Shown piece after piece: positions 34,076 through 43,841 of a stretch of DNA of 45,376 nucleotides. Each line of letters starts with the position of its first letter. The stretch's first letter is position 1. The translations under genes and the position numbers were made by a program. Below the pieces are notes generated by a model. It was not told the DNA's origin. It did not search any database and saw nothing but the letters and a program-made list of their open reading frames with translations. Source of the DNA: a virus (taxonomy: Duplodnaviria > Caudoviricetes). The stretch is from the IMG/VR virus record IMGVR_UViG_3300009095_000003, positions 1-45,376 of that record; one strand, given 5' to 3'.

Positions 34076-37000
34076 TTAATTATTTTTATATGTTCGCTTA
34101 AGATTTTTGTACGTCTCAACTATTTCACCTTTTCCATTTACAAAAGTTTTACGCTTACCCTGTTCTTTTATATCTCTTACGTTGTCATTGAGTTCTTTCA
34201 AATCTTGGTCATTGCCACCTTGCAAATTTAAACTTAATCCATCACCAGAAAAAGCACCCATGTACTTATCTGCAAAAGTTCCGTTATTAAGTGACTTAAT
34301 TACATCAGGAATTAGTCTTCTAAATCTTCTTGAGTTTCGTTTATTTATTACCGCAAAATATTCTCCTCCTTCAGCTCTACGCCTAACACCATTTGGTTTA
34401 CGGCCCAAATCAATATCATTTCCAGATTGGTGAGAACCTCCTTGAAGCAATTCAACAGTACCATCTCCATAAGACTCAGAACCTCCACCTTCTTGCTTAG
34501 TCATCTGTCTTGCTTTGATTTTAGCGCCTGCGAATGAGCCCCACATTAATGCAAGAGCTGCAACAGCAAGAGCTGGACCAACAATCGGTATTCCTGAAAG
34601 CGATGACCATATATTTGCTGACGCCGTTATTAAGCTTGAAGTTTGTGCAATAGTATCAAGCATCTGCTGTTGTTTGATAGCTTTTGCTTTATCCTTATTT
34701 GCTTTATCCTGTTGCTTACGGGCGTTGTCTAATTCCTTTTGAGCGAGTACTACGTTATTTGCATAACCTTGGTTACGTGCTTCAATTTCAGCATCCAATT
34801 TAGATTGGCTTGCTTGAACTTCTTGGTCTGCCGCAGCAACGGCTTGCTCAGCCGCAGCAATTTTAGCATCAAGCACAGATTGCAATTGTTCCAAAGCAAA
34901 AGCAGTGGACTCGCTAATTGCAGCTTTTGCATCATCATCTAAATTCAAACCAAACAATCCATAAATATCGCTTGAGCGTTCATCGTCTTTTGACTCTTGA
35001 ATTTCTTGGTCAATTTTAGCAATAGTATTTTTCACAGTCTGAACCTCAACATCAGACATCTTACTACCCATTTGCTCGTTGAGCTCAAGTATTTTCTTAA
35101 GCCTATCTTTTTCAGCTTGTAATCTAAATCGAGTTTTACGACCTTCAGAATTTCTAAGCAAATCATATTCAGATTGAGCTAATGCTTGTTGAGCATCAAA
35201 AATCTTTAATTGAGCTGCTATGTATTCATCCGCTATTCCTGCTGACTTAGCATCAAATCCAGCATTTATTGCTCCAGCATCTTGTTGTTGGTCAGCTGGT
35301 TTTGCAGCATTTTGAGCCAAAGCAATTTGACGTTCTTTCTCAAGAAGTTCCAATCGTATTTTCTGTTCTTCTAAAGAGCCTTTTCTTGCTGCATCTAATC
35401 TAAGTTGTAAACCTTGTTTTTGTTGTTCAAGAATAGCTAACTGCTTTTCGTTTTCAATCTTAGCAAGCTCTCGCACTTGTTGCTTTTCAAGTGCTTGAAT
35501 AGTTCCAAGTATAGCTTCTCTTCCTTCTTTGGTTAAATCTTTTTCAGTTCTAAGCTGTGTTTGTAAATCTTCAATTTGACGTTGATATTGGTATTCTGCT
35601 CGTTTACGTCTTTTCTCAAACTCATTTGTTTCAAGAGCCAATAAAGCATCTTGGTATTTTCTTGTAAGCTCTAAATTCTTTTTCAAAGAAGCTTCAAGCT
35701 TTTTACCTGCATCACCTTTTGCAGGTTTTGAATAGTCTGCTACTTTAGTTTTTTCAGGAGTTCCACCAGTTGGAGTTGGTGAACCTGTTTCAGGAGTATC
35801 GCCAACGGCCACTGGGATGGTTATAGGGTCAATAGTTTTGTTCATATTATCTACTCCCTTCTGGATGTTTTTTTGAACTCCAGTGATAGTATCTGTAGCC
35901 AATTTCTTTGAATTTTCACCCCATTTAACCCACGCACTTCTAATCTCATCAAAATCTAAAGTAAATGCTCCGTGTAAAGCTTGACCAATCACTTTAATTT
36001 GTTCTATCATATATGAAAACAGCGCTTTTACGACTGTCCACAAGCTTGAAAATGCCGAGACTATTCCTTGAATACCGACTCTAAAAGCTACTGAGTCATT
36101 GTACAGCTTGATGAAATAGTTCGTTAAATCAATTACGTTTTTGATTATCCAAATTAAAGCATCATTCACAAATATCTTAGCTCTTGTAGTCATTGACTCA
36201 AAAGAACCGCCTGTCTGGTCAAATAAAGCCGCGAGTACATTATTTAATTCTGCTTGGCTTTCAAGTTGCTCTTCTTGCAATCTGCCTAATTCTCCGGCTT
36301 TGTCTTTTACGCTATCCAGATTTAAGTCAATGTCCTTAAGCGTTTTAATGTATTGCAATCCTGCATCTTCTCCAGGACCTCCAAATATATCAGCAATAGC
36401 TGTACCAACAGCTGCAGAGCTTTCAGGTAATTCATTAAGCTTCTCAGATACCTGTTGCATTACGTCGAAAGTAGTCATACTTCCATCCTGCAACTTCTTC
36501 TGAATATCTACATAATTCAATCCAATACCTTGCAACGCTTCTGCGGTTGCTTTCGTCATCTCTCTGATACGGATGTTACCTTCTTTGATAGTATCTACTC
36601 CTTTATCAGAAAACACTCCTGCGGTTGCCGTTTGAGCCGAAATGGCAATAAATTGCTTTGCTGAGATACCTGCTTCTCTAAAGTAAGTTGGGTATTCCTT
36701 TAAAGTATCAAGAAATTCACCGTTAGCATCAGCTCCAGCTATAAATCCATCTTTGACCAAAGTCAAAGCTTCATTTTGAGAAATTCCAAATTGTGTCGAT
36801 AAAGCATTAGCCGCCATCAAGACTTCTTTGAAATCTTTATCGTAAACATCGGCTAAAGCTTGTACTTCATTTCTATAAGCTTTTAAATCGTCTCCAGATT
36901 TACCTGTGAACTGTTGAGTCAACCGAGTCGCTTCAATTAAACCTTGGTTGTAATCAAACCAAAACTTAAACGCTACACCGATACCGGCAATACCTGCAAT

Positions 37001-37744
37001 CGCCAAAAAGACTGGATTTGCAAGTAAAGTTAACAGCGTACGACCAAGAGCTTTTGCTCCGTCACCGATTGCTGTAAACACTCCTTTTGCAGCATCTCCA
37101 CCTTCGCCTAATTTCAAAAGTGAATTTCCAAATTCGCTATTTAGGCCAAGTGCGTCTTTCATTTTATCAGCGTATCCTGCAACTCCTTCTGTCAATTCTG
37201 GATAGTTACCAACGTTCAATTGGTTCATGCCTGTAGCTGATTGAAGGCGTTTCATTTCTTCATATATCTCGCGAGTTTGTTTTTCAAGCTCTTGTCCTTC
37301 TTTCGTATTTCTACGATACTCGGCAGACATATTATTTAAAGCAATTTTATTGATAGAATATTGGGCTGAAAGAGCGTTGTAAGAACCGGTTTGGGTATCT
37401 GCTAATTTAGCAGCAAGCTTATTCATTTGATTTGCTTCAGCAGTGGCTTTACGGACTATTGCGAGCTGTTTAGCATTTTCACTTTCAGCTTCAGCGAGTT
37501 TTTGTTTTGCCTTAGCTAGTCTGTCAGCTTCTCCAGACGCTTCTCTAATACGCTTTCTATTTTCTGAAGTAGCACCTGAAACATTCTGCAAGCTTACTTT
37601 TAATTGGATAGCTTGAGTATTTACATTGTTGAGTGTATTCCTGTAGGCATCACCTAGCTCGTCAAGCTGTTTGATTAATTCGGTTATCGAATTATCTGGC
37701 GTGACTAAGTCAGAATACTTTATCGGGTTGTTATTATCTGCCAT
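34076..37744 (-). CDS. Tape measure protein
   Basis: 1222 aa, helical/coiled coil, DIFGGPGEDAG core, hydrophobic segments. Confidence 0.92.
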   Translation of the reverse strand: MADNNNPIKYSDLVTPDNSITELIKQLDELGDAYRNTLNNVNTQAIQLKVSLQNVSGATSENRKRIREASGEADRLAKAKQKLAEAESENAKQLAIVRKATAEANQMNKLAAKLADTQTGSYNALSAQYSINKIALNNMSAEYRRNTKEGQELEKQTREIYEEMKRLQSATGMNQLNVGNYPELTEGVAGYADKMKDALGLNSEFGNSLLKLGEGGDAAKGVFTAIGDGAKALGRTLLTLLANPVFLAIAGIAGIGVAFKFWFDYNQGLIEATRLTQQFTGKSGDDLKAYRNEVQALADVYDKDFKEVLMAANALSTQFGISQNEALTLVKDGFIAGADANGEFLDTLKEYPTYFREAGISAKQFIAISAQTATAGVFSDKGVDTIKEGNIRIREMTKATAEALQGIGLNYVDIQKKLQDGSMTTFDVMQQVSEKLNELPESSAAVGTAIADIFGGPGEDAGLQYIKTLKDIDLNLDSVKDKAGELGRLQEEQLESQAELNNVLAALFDQTGGSFESMTTRAKIFVNDALIWIIKNVIDLTNYFIKLYNDSVAFRVGIQGIVSAFSSLWTVVKALFSYMIEQIKVIGQALHGAFTLDFDEIRSAWVKWGENSKKLATDTITGVQKNIQKGVDNMNKTIDPITIPVAVGDTPETGSPTPTGGTPEKTKVADYSKPAKGDAGKKLEASLKKNLELTRKYQDALLALETNEFEKRRKRAEYQYQRQIEDLQTQLRTEKDLTKEGREAILGTIQALEKQQVRELAKIENEKQLAILEQQKQGLQLRLDAARKGSLEEQKIRLELLEKERQIALAQNAAKPADQQQDAGAINAGFDAKSAGIADEYIAAQLKIFDAQQALAQSEYDLLRNSEGRKTRFRLQAEKDRLKKILELNEQMGSKMSDVEVQTVKNTIAKIDQEIQESKDDERSSDIYGLFGLNLDDDAKAAISESTAFALEQLQSVLDAKIAAAEQAVAAADQEVQASQSKLDAEIEARNQGYANNVVLAQKELDNARKQQDKANKDKAKAIKQQQMLDTIAQTSSLITASANIWSSLSGIPIVGPALAVAALALMWGSFAGAKIKARQMTKQEGGGSESYGDGTVELLQGGSHQSGNDIDLGRKPNGVRRRAEGGEYFAVINKRNSRRFRRLIPDVIKSLNNGTFADKYMGAFSGDGLSLNLQGGNDQDLKELNDNVRDIKEQGKRKTFVNGKGEIVETYKNLKRTYKNN

Positions 37745-37763
37745 AGCTCTTTATTCAATTATA

Positions 37764-37771
37764 CAAATTTA
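37764..37771 (-). promoter_or_regulatory. -7 promoter box TAAATTTG for the tape measure operon
   Basis: TAnnTTTG match 20 nt upstream of the ATG. Confidence 0.6.
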
Positions 37772-37773
37772 CT

Positions 37774-37801
37774 AAATAAAAAGGCACTATTTAGCCTTTT
37801 T
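37774..37801 (-). terminator. Terminator-like hairpin between the chaperone and tape measure genes
   Basis: AAAAAGGC-N8-GCCTTTTT followed by ATTT. Confidence 0.55.
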
Positions 37802-38545
37802 GTTGTTGCCAGGTTTTGCTTGTTCTTTTAGGTATTCAAAAGCATTGTAATATTCAAGAACCGTAAAAGTTTTTGGTTTTACATTTAGCTTCTGTGAAAG
37901 CATCAAGCACATACTTTCAAATTGCTTGTCGTATTGAATTTCTAAACTATCAGGACCAAAGAAAATTGAAGGCTTCGCAAACGTTAAAAGCAAATTAGTT
38001 ATTTCTTCAATTTCCGACTGTTTATCTTCTCCAGTTATTATTGCATCAAGCATTATTATCGCTCTACGCCTAAGCTGGTCATAGTATTCTTTGACAGTTG
38101 AATCATCAAAAACCTTAGGAAAATATGTATTTAGCTCTTCATCGATTTTTTTTTTGACCGACTCCAATTCGGCAGTCAGTTCTGAGTGTGTAACATCTGA
38201 AATAGTTTCATTCAGCTTCTTTAAAGACTCATCTGAAATGCCGTCGCATTCTTTTCCGTCAATCGATTTTACCAGTACGCAAAAAGCTAAATGCTTTGGA
38301 CTCAATTCTGACTGTATGAAATAGACGTTTTGACGCAAATTCTCTAATTCTGTTGCTGCAAGGTCTGGTTTAGTTTTACAAAAGCGTATTGCTCTTTCTA
38401 TGTGGCTATCAAAATCCGCTAAATCAGAACCGACGCCCGCATCTACAAGAAGCATCTTATTGTATTTGTGAAATCTAGCAACAGGCAAAGAGTCTATGCT
38501 GTCATATATCTCAATGGTATGTTTTCCTAATTTTATTGTTTTCAT
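37787..38545 (-). CDS. Probable tail assembly chaperone
   Basis: Position just before the tape measure gene; central A10 run; ATG 38545 coupled to the upstream stop. Confidence 0.6.
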   Translation of the reverse strand: MKTIKLGKHTIEIYDSIDSLPVARFHKYNKMLLVDAGVGSDLADFDSHIERAIRFCKTKPDLAATELENLRQNVYFIQSELSPKHLAFCVLVKSIDGKECDGISDESLKKLNETISDVTHSELTAELESVKKKIDEELNTYFPKVFDDSTVKEYYDQLRRRAIIMLDAIITGEDKQSEIEEITNLLLTFAKPSIFFGPDSLEIQYDKQFESMCLMLSQKLNVKPKTFTVLEYYNAFEYLKEQAKPGNNKKAK

Positions 38546-38799
38546 AGCAGCATTCTTGAAATTGGTGATGAACAAAATGGTACGAGTACCAATATTGGAT
38601 TAGCGGTAATTGCTGCAAATATAATCGCAGCAATTAGCCCAATCCAAAAAGATAAACAAAAATGACAAGAAGCCAATTTTGATATTAATTCAGTTCCATT
38701 AATCTGCATCCATTCAAGCACTCCTACTTTTGCAAGTAGAAGCACTGTGAATGAAGCAATCAAAGCAACTATAACAGAACAACAGATAAATTCTAGCAT
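38542..38799 (-). CDS. Small membrane protein with CxxC (DUF1360-like)
   Basis: Hydrophobic segments, LASCHFCLSFWIG. Confidence 0.7.
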   Translation of the reverse strand: MLEFICCSVIVALIASFTVLLLAKVGVLEWMQINGTELISKLASCHFCLSFWIGLIAAIIFAAITANPILVLVPFCSSPISRMLL

Positions 38800-38802
38800 A
38801 GC

Positions 38803-39369
38803 TTAACAATTTTCATTTATAAACAATTCACCATATAATCTAAAGCCCGCAAATGGGTGCATTAGAAACTGGTTGTCAACTTCGTCTAAGGAATATCCTC
38901 TATAAATATTCTCAGCTTGTTCGTATATTCTTGAGACGTTTATTCTTCCTGATTTAAGCCAAAATCCTCCGTTTAATACTTTTAAAACTTCAGATTTGAC
39001 AAATTCAGTATTTCTATTTTCAGCTCCTGGAATAGTTCTTAAATCAAACCAGAAAATAAGCGAGTAATATGTTCTTAAAGCTCCTCTTATTTTAGGTTGC
39101 CATTCCATATACTGTGGGTCATCTATTTGAAAGAAACTAAAGTTGCCTATTTTAGCATCAGGAGAAACTTCCAAATATTCATTGCCTCCAGCATATACAT
39201 TTGGAGTATAATATTTTTTGCCGTTAATATCTTTAATAAGCTTTTGAGCTTTACCAAAAGCATGGTCAAGCCATCCAAGATTAGACGCAAGCCCGGTTTG
39301 TATATCTCCAATCACTTTATCAAGCAATTGAGGATTTTGAATTATAGGTATTTTCTCAATGATTGCCAT
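38803..39369 (-). CDS. Probable tail completion/terminator protein
   Basis: Position and size; ATG 39369 (MAIIEK) preferred. Confidence 0.55.
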   Translation of the reverse strand: MAIIEKIPIIQNPQLLDKVIGDIQTGLASNLGWLDHAFGKAQKLIKDINGKKYYTPNVYAGGNEYLEVSPDAKIGNFSFFQIDDPQYMEWQPKIRGALRTYYSLIFWFDLRTIPGAENRNTEFVKSEVLKVLNGGFWLKSGRINVSRIYEQAENIYRGYSLDEVDNQFLMHPFAGFRLYGELFINENC

Positions 39370-39817
39370 AAAAATATTCGTTTCTTTGTTCGCATAAATC
39401 TGGGTAAATGTAATGCCAAATAATTTCGGAAATATTCTCATCTGTTAAACCCAATACTTGGCGACCGTATTTTTTTATTAAATGTTCTGTTTTTGAGTCA
39501 GAGGCTCTAATCTCGAACTGTTGGTCATTTACCACAATGTAAAAAGATGAATGGAAATCTCCAGTATCTCGTAATGTAACTCGATTTGTTGGCTGTCCCA
39601 TTACTTTTTTAACTTCGATTGTGATAGGAGCGTATGGCTGATAATCAGATATTTCAACGCCTAAATTATTAACGCCTTGCTCAAACAATTGTTCTTCCGC
39701 ATTCATGTCTATTATATAAGCTTCGTTTTCAACGATAATTTTAGAAATGATGAAAGGCATTTCATGCTCAAAAGCACGAACGCCATCCCTCATCTTTAAA
39801 ATTCTATTTAAGCTCAT
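39356..39817 (-). CDS. Neck / tail completion protein
   Basis: VTLRDTGDFHSS and KKYG..VLGL motifs of virion morphogenesis proteins. Confidence 0.65.
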   Translation of the reverse strand: MSLNRILKMRDGVRAFEHEMPFIISKIIVENEAYIIDMNAEEQLFEQGVNNLGVEISDYQPYAPITIEVKKVMGQPTNRVTLRDTGDFHSSFYIVVNDQQFEIRASDSKTEHLIKKYGRQVLGLTDENISEIIWHYIYPDLCEQRNEYFYGNH

Positions 39818-39819
39818 AT

Positions 39820-41124
39820 CTAAACAGTTCTATATCTTACTCCTTTATTGTTGCATGATAAGCAAACGCGGTCAAGCCCAGTCGTATCAATCTTTAGAGC
39901 TTCGTAAAGCTTTTTAAGTTCATGACCAAGACCTCCAGGTCTGTAGCTGTTAGTATTACCATCAAGCTCGTAAAGCATATCCATGCGAGATACATTTGAT
40001 TGATTGCGATTAACTCGTACATCTGGGTTCATCGCCATTGTTCTCAATAGATTTGCCGCAACTTGTTTTTGTATCACATTTGCAAATATACCTCTTTGTG
40101 AGATAATAAAGTCTGTCAAGTCGCAACCAATTGATATTTCAACATTCATTCCGTAGTTAAGAGTGTTTGTGTATATGGTTTTAGATATATCCCACATTTC
40201 AGGAAAATCTTTAAAATCACTCGGAGCATTTATTGCAAATGGTGTTATGCTCAAATATTTTGTAAGCTCTCTCCATACCTGAACATTGCTAATTCCGCAA
40301 GTAGTACATGGGTCTGCGCTCCAATCTTTATTTACGGTTATAGCTTCCATGCCAAGCGGTAATTCGTTTTGGTCATAGCATATAAACCAGCATCCTCCTG
40401 AGTTTGTATCGGCCGATATGTATGGCAAATAAAGGTCATCCATAACGAACCATTGATACCCACCATTAGTAAGTGTATACTCTACATCGATAGTGCGATA
40501 CGGCTCAACCATGTTTGAATGGAATACATATAAACGTACTGTGCCAGTTCCACCGGTAAATTGTAAGCCTATGCGTTCTATTTTAGTAGTCACTCCCATT
40601 GAACGGACTGGAGTTAATTCATAGCCACAAAGCTTACCACGGTTAGTAATTGTTGCAGCTAATCTACCAGCGCCGTCGAAGAATGTTTTTCTTTCAAGCA
40701 GGTTTTTAGTTTCTTTACCAAGAAGCTTATCGGTTGTAAACTTCTGAAGCATAGTCGCAATACCATTTCTTGTCTCTGTTTCTAAAAAATCAGATAGAAA
40801 GTTGTAAAGTTTCCACTCTGGTCCATTCTCTGATGGCTCTGTCTCATTATCGTCTTGAAGTGATATAAATACTTTGCCGTTAAATAAAACCTTATCAGAG
40901 GCCATGTACGTTGTTCCGTCATCGTATGCAGGATATTGGTACAAGAACTGTTCTGGCAAAATCGACTCGACATTATCCAACGTAAGAAGTGGATGGGCTC
41001 CTTGGAAATACAATCCACTTTCCGAAACAGTTAAATCTTCATTTATAGCTTTAGCAGGATTATAAGCTTGCTGCCACCCAACAACATTAAGCAATCTATC
41101 CTGTATTTCTTTTAGTCTGTACAT
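39820..41124 (-). CDS. Head-tail connector-region structural protein
   Basis: 434 aa after the capsid gene; short CBM-like insert (YDDGTTY...V.FNG..F.SL); CTTC and CLSC. Confidence 0.6.
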   Translation of the reverse strand: MYRLKEIQDRLLNVVGWQQAYNPAKAINEDLTVSESGLYFQGAHPLLTLDNVESILPEQFLYQYPAYDDGTTYMASDKVLFNGKVFISLQDDNETEPSENGPEWKLYNFLSDFLETETRNGIATMLQKFTTDKLLGKETKNLLERKTFFDGAGRLAATITNRGKLCGYELTPVRSMGVTTKIERIGLQFTGGTGTVRLYVFHSNMVEPYRTIDVEYTLTNGGYQWFVMDDLYLPYISADTNSGGCWFICYDQNELPLGMEAITVNKDWSADPCTTCGISNVQVWRELTKYLSITPFAINAPSDFKDFPEMWDISKTIYTNTLNYGMNVEISIGCDLTDFIISQRGIFANVIQKQVAANLLRTMAMNPDVRVNRNQSNVSRMDMLYELDGNTNSYRPGGLGHELKKLYEALKIDTTGLDRVCLSCNNKGVRYRTV

Positions 41125-41137
41125 TTGCTTTGGAATT

Positions 41138-41170
41138 AAAAAAGGGACAGGACATTTGCCCTATCCCTTT
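41138..41170 (-). terminator. Intrinsic terminator after the major capsid gene
   Basis: AAAGGGATAGGGCA-AA-TGTCCTGTCCCTTT plus T-run. Confidence 0.85.
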
Positions 41171-41201
41171 GGTTTGCTTAAATTTTTGAGTTTAAAGCGG
41201 A

Positions 41202-42326
41202 TTAAGGCTCAACTACTACCTCTTGCGTAAACACTGGGTTAGTTTCACCATTAACGATTGTTACAGGACGGGCAACAGGATTTGCTGAAGTACTTGCACC
41301 AATTTCCAATTTGATAACTGGGTTAGCAATTTCTTCAGGGTCGCTGTTATACGATACCAAGAATGCAACGTCAACTGCAAAAGCATAGTGCTCTTTTACG
41401 TTACAAGTCATATCAGCTGAAGACTCTCCAGCAATAGATGATTGGTCACCTACAGAAGTGTAGAAATGAGTATCAACAGGCATTTCCAAAATTGGAAGTC
41501 GTACAATATCCCACTCATGGTCGTTTGAGCGAGTACCCAAAATGTTTTCACGACCTGCGCGAGTTACAATTCCAACGTTACCGTCTTCAACAGCGAATGC
41601 AGTTCCGAAAACTCCAGCTTCGTTGGTGATGTTATTTGTAAAGTGGAATACTTTACCGGCATACTCAAGTTGCTTATTAACATCGTTGTACAAACCATGT
41701 TGAGCAAGCTTATTTATTAAGCTATCAACACCAGCATTACCAATTAAGTGGATTTGGCCACGGTAATTGTTAGCACGCATGATAGGATTAAGGTCTCCCA
41801 AAATCTCAGTACGTAAATCCCAAGGCACTTCAACAGTGTTTGCTGTTTCTTGATACAACAACAAGTCTTGGAATACTTGAGTTTTGTTTGCTTCAAGAGC
41901 TGCAACAGCTGCTTCGTCTAATGCATCAGCTAATGCTCTTGTAACCTTCTCAATTTTGCGTTGGAAGTCATGAGCGTAAGTGATGTTGTTGTTCATATAC
42001 AACGCCGGTACCATGGTAAATCCTACAGCATACGTTGCGAATACAACTGTATGAAGCGCTGAAGTATTTTCATTGTCAGCGATGACGCATGAACGAGTGT
42101 TAGATACTGTTACATCCCCATCAAAATCGATGACAGGAATTTGAAGCGTAGTTCCAATTGACGCCAACGCCTTATCTCGTAGTTCCGGTGTGATGAATGA
42201 ACGACCGCTTTCCGTTTGCTGAACGAAAAAGTCAAGTGCACCGTACTCACTTGGGCGGGTCATGTTCTTGTCAAATTGGGGAGCATTAACTCTCCAGTTT
42301 TGAACTCTGGTTGCGATTAATGACAT
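41202..42326 (-). CDS. Major capsid protein
   Basis: 374 aa following a scaffold-like gene and followed by a strong terminator. Confidence 0.8.
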   Translation of the reverse strand: MSLIATRVQNWRVNAPQFDKNMTRPSEYGALDFFVQQTESGRSFITPELRDKALASIGTTLQIPVIDFDGDVTVSNTRSCVIADNENTSALHTVVFATYAVGFTMVPALYMNNNITYAHDFQRKIEKVTRALADALDEAAVAALEANKTQVFQDLLLYQETANTVEVPWDLRTEILGDLNPIMRANNYRGQIHLIGNAGVDSLINKLAQHGLYNDVNKQLEYAGKVFHFTNNITNEAGVFGTAFAVEDGNVGIVTRAGRENILGTRSNDHEWDIVRLPILEMPVDTHFYTSVGDQSSIAGESSADMTCNVKEHYAFAVDVAFLVSYNSDPEEIANPVIKLEIGASTSANPVARPVTIVNGETNPVFTQEVVVEP

Positions 42327-42383
42327 ACTTTTTTGTTTTTAAATTAACTAATTATTGAAATAAGGCTACCCTTTGCCCATGAT

Positions 42384-43334
42384 TTATTTTTCAGGAAGTT
42401 TTGCAACTTCGTTATCTTTCCATGCCTGAGTGCTTGCTTCTTCGTATTCTGCTGAACCTCTCGTCAAACCTTGAGCTAACAAGCTTTTAGTGATGGCTTC
42501 ATTTGCTTCAACTTGGTTACGAGCGCCTGAAATATCAATAGTTGTATTTCCACCGCTTCCAGCACCTCCGGCATTACCGCCAGTTCCAGCTCCTTGTTGT
42601 TTACGTCCTTCATCAACTACTCCCATCGATTTAAGCTCTTTAGCTAAAAGCTCAGAAGCTGTAAACGGATTTAATTGATTTTCAGGATTGTTAAGAACTG
42701 CGCCGGCTTCATTTCTAAACACCAAACGTTTACCACCTTCACCATCATCGATGAAATCAGGTTTGTTCGCTTTAACCTTAGCAAGTGCTTGAGAAAGTAA
42801 AACCTTAGTAGCACTTTCTGGAAGCTCAGGCTTAAACTTAATACCTGAAGTTGCTTTGTTAAGTTCAAAATCAACTTGCAAATCAAATACTTTTTTATTG
42901 TGCTCTTTCTCAGCAGTAGAAAGTTTTGTTTGCAATTCAGTGAACTGCTCTTTTGTTTGGTCCAATTCAGCTTTAACGTTTTGAAGTTGAGTCTTAAGCT
43001 CAGCATCATTACCGCCATCTTGGATTGCTTTTTCTAAGCGAGCTTTTTCTTTGTTCAAATCCTCAATTTGTGTTTGAAGCGCTGAATTAGCTTCCGCTTT
43101 AGCTTTAAGCTCTTTACCTGCTCTCTCTAGATAGTTGTAGCTTTTTTCATCTCCAACTCTTGCAATACCAGTTGCCTTAAGAATAGTTTCATCATATTGT
43201 CGATGAATTTCTCCGACTTTCTGCGCTATTACAGCGTTTTCGTCATTACTACTTAATTGCTCAATAGCAGCAATCTGTTCGTCTGTTAAGCTCGCCAATG
43301 CAGCGTTTGCTTTTAATACTTCTTTTTTTAACAT
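42384..43334 (-). CDS. Capsid scaffolding protein
   Basis: Coiled coil with Gly-rich linker and short C-terminal helical domain; precedes the capsid gene. Confidence 0.78.
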   Translation of the reverse strand: MLKKEVLKANAALASLTDEQIAAIEQLSSNDENAVIAQKVGEIHRQYDETILKATGIARVGDEKSYNYLERAGKELKAKAEANSALQTQIEDLNKEKARLEKAIQDGGNDAELKTQLQNVKAELDQTKEQFTELQTKLSTAEKEHNKKVFDLQVDFELNKATSGIKFKPELPESATKVLLSQALAKVKANKPDFIDDGEGGKRLVFRNEAGAVLNNPENQLNPFTASELLAKELKSMGVVDEGRKQQGAGTGGNAGGAGSGGNTTIDISGARNQVEANEAITKSLLAQGLTRGSAEYEEASTQAWKDNEVAKLPEK

Positions 43335-43367
43335 AATTCTAACCCTTTGAATTGTTTGACAATGGTT

Positions 43368-43841
43368 TTATTTTTTCGTCGGTAAAGCTCCAGGAGCTGC
43401 CGCCGTTTTTGTTTTTTCTTCAGCTTTCTTTGTCGCTGGCGCTTTAGCATCGGCTTTCAATTCAGCTAATAACTCTGCACGAAGTTCAGCTTTAATAGCT
43501 TCAAGCTCTTTAGCTTTTTTAGCTTCTGCTGCTTCTTTTGCTTTTTGAGCGCGCTCTGCTGCAGACTCTGCTTGCTGTTTCTTCTGTTCTGCTAAGAACG
43601 TAGAAGGATCGTGCAAAATATCTACGGTATAACCTTGCTTTTTAAGGTTTGCCAAGATAGTCTTAAACGACTTTGAACCAAATTTTTGTATTCTTGGAAT
43701 ACTTTGGCGCTTACCAGTATTACTGTCGAATTTTTTAACTTCAATTCGAGCATGAAAAACTTTCTCTTCGCCAGCTGGGACAATATAATTGTCTTTAGTT
43801 ACCTCCTCAATCGGTAGGTCTCTGCCTGTTTTCGTTTGCAT
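43368..43841 (-). CDS. Hypothetical head-region protein with Lys/Ala/Glu-rich tail
   Basis: 157 aa between portal and scaffold. Confidence 0.75.
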   Translation of the reverse strand: MQTKTGRDLPIEEVTKDNYIVPAGEEKVFHARIEVKKFDSNTGKRQSIPRIQKFGSKSFKTILANLKKQGYTVDILHDPSTFLAEQKKQQAESAAERAQKAKEAAEAKKAKELEAIKAELRAELLAELKADAKAPATKKAEEKTKTAAAPGALPTKK

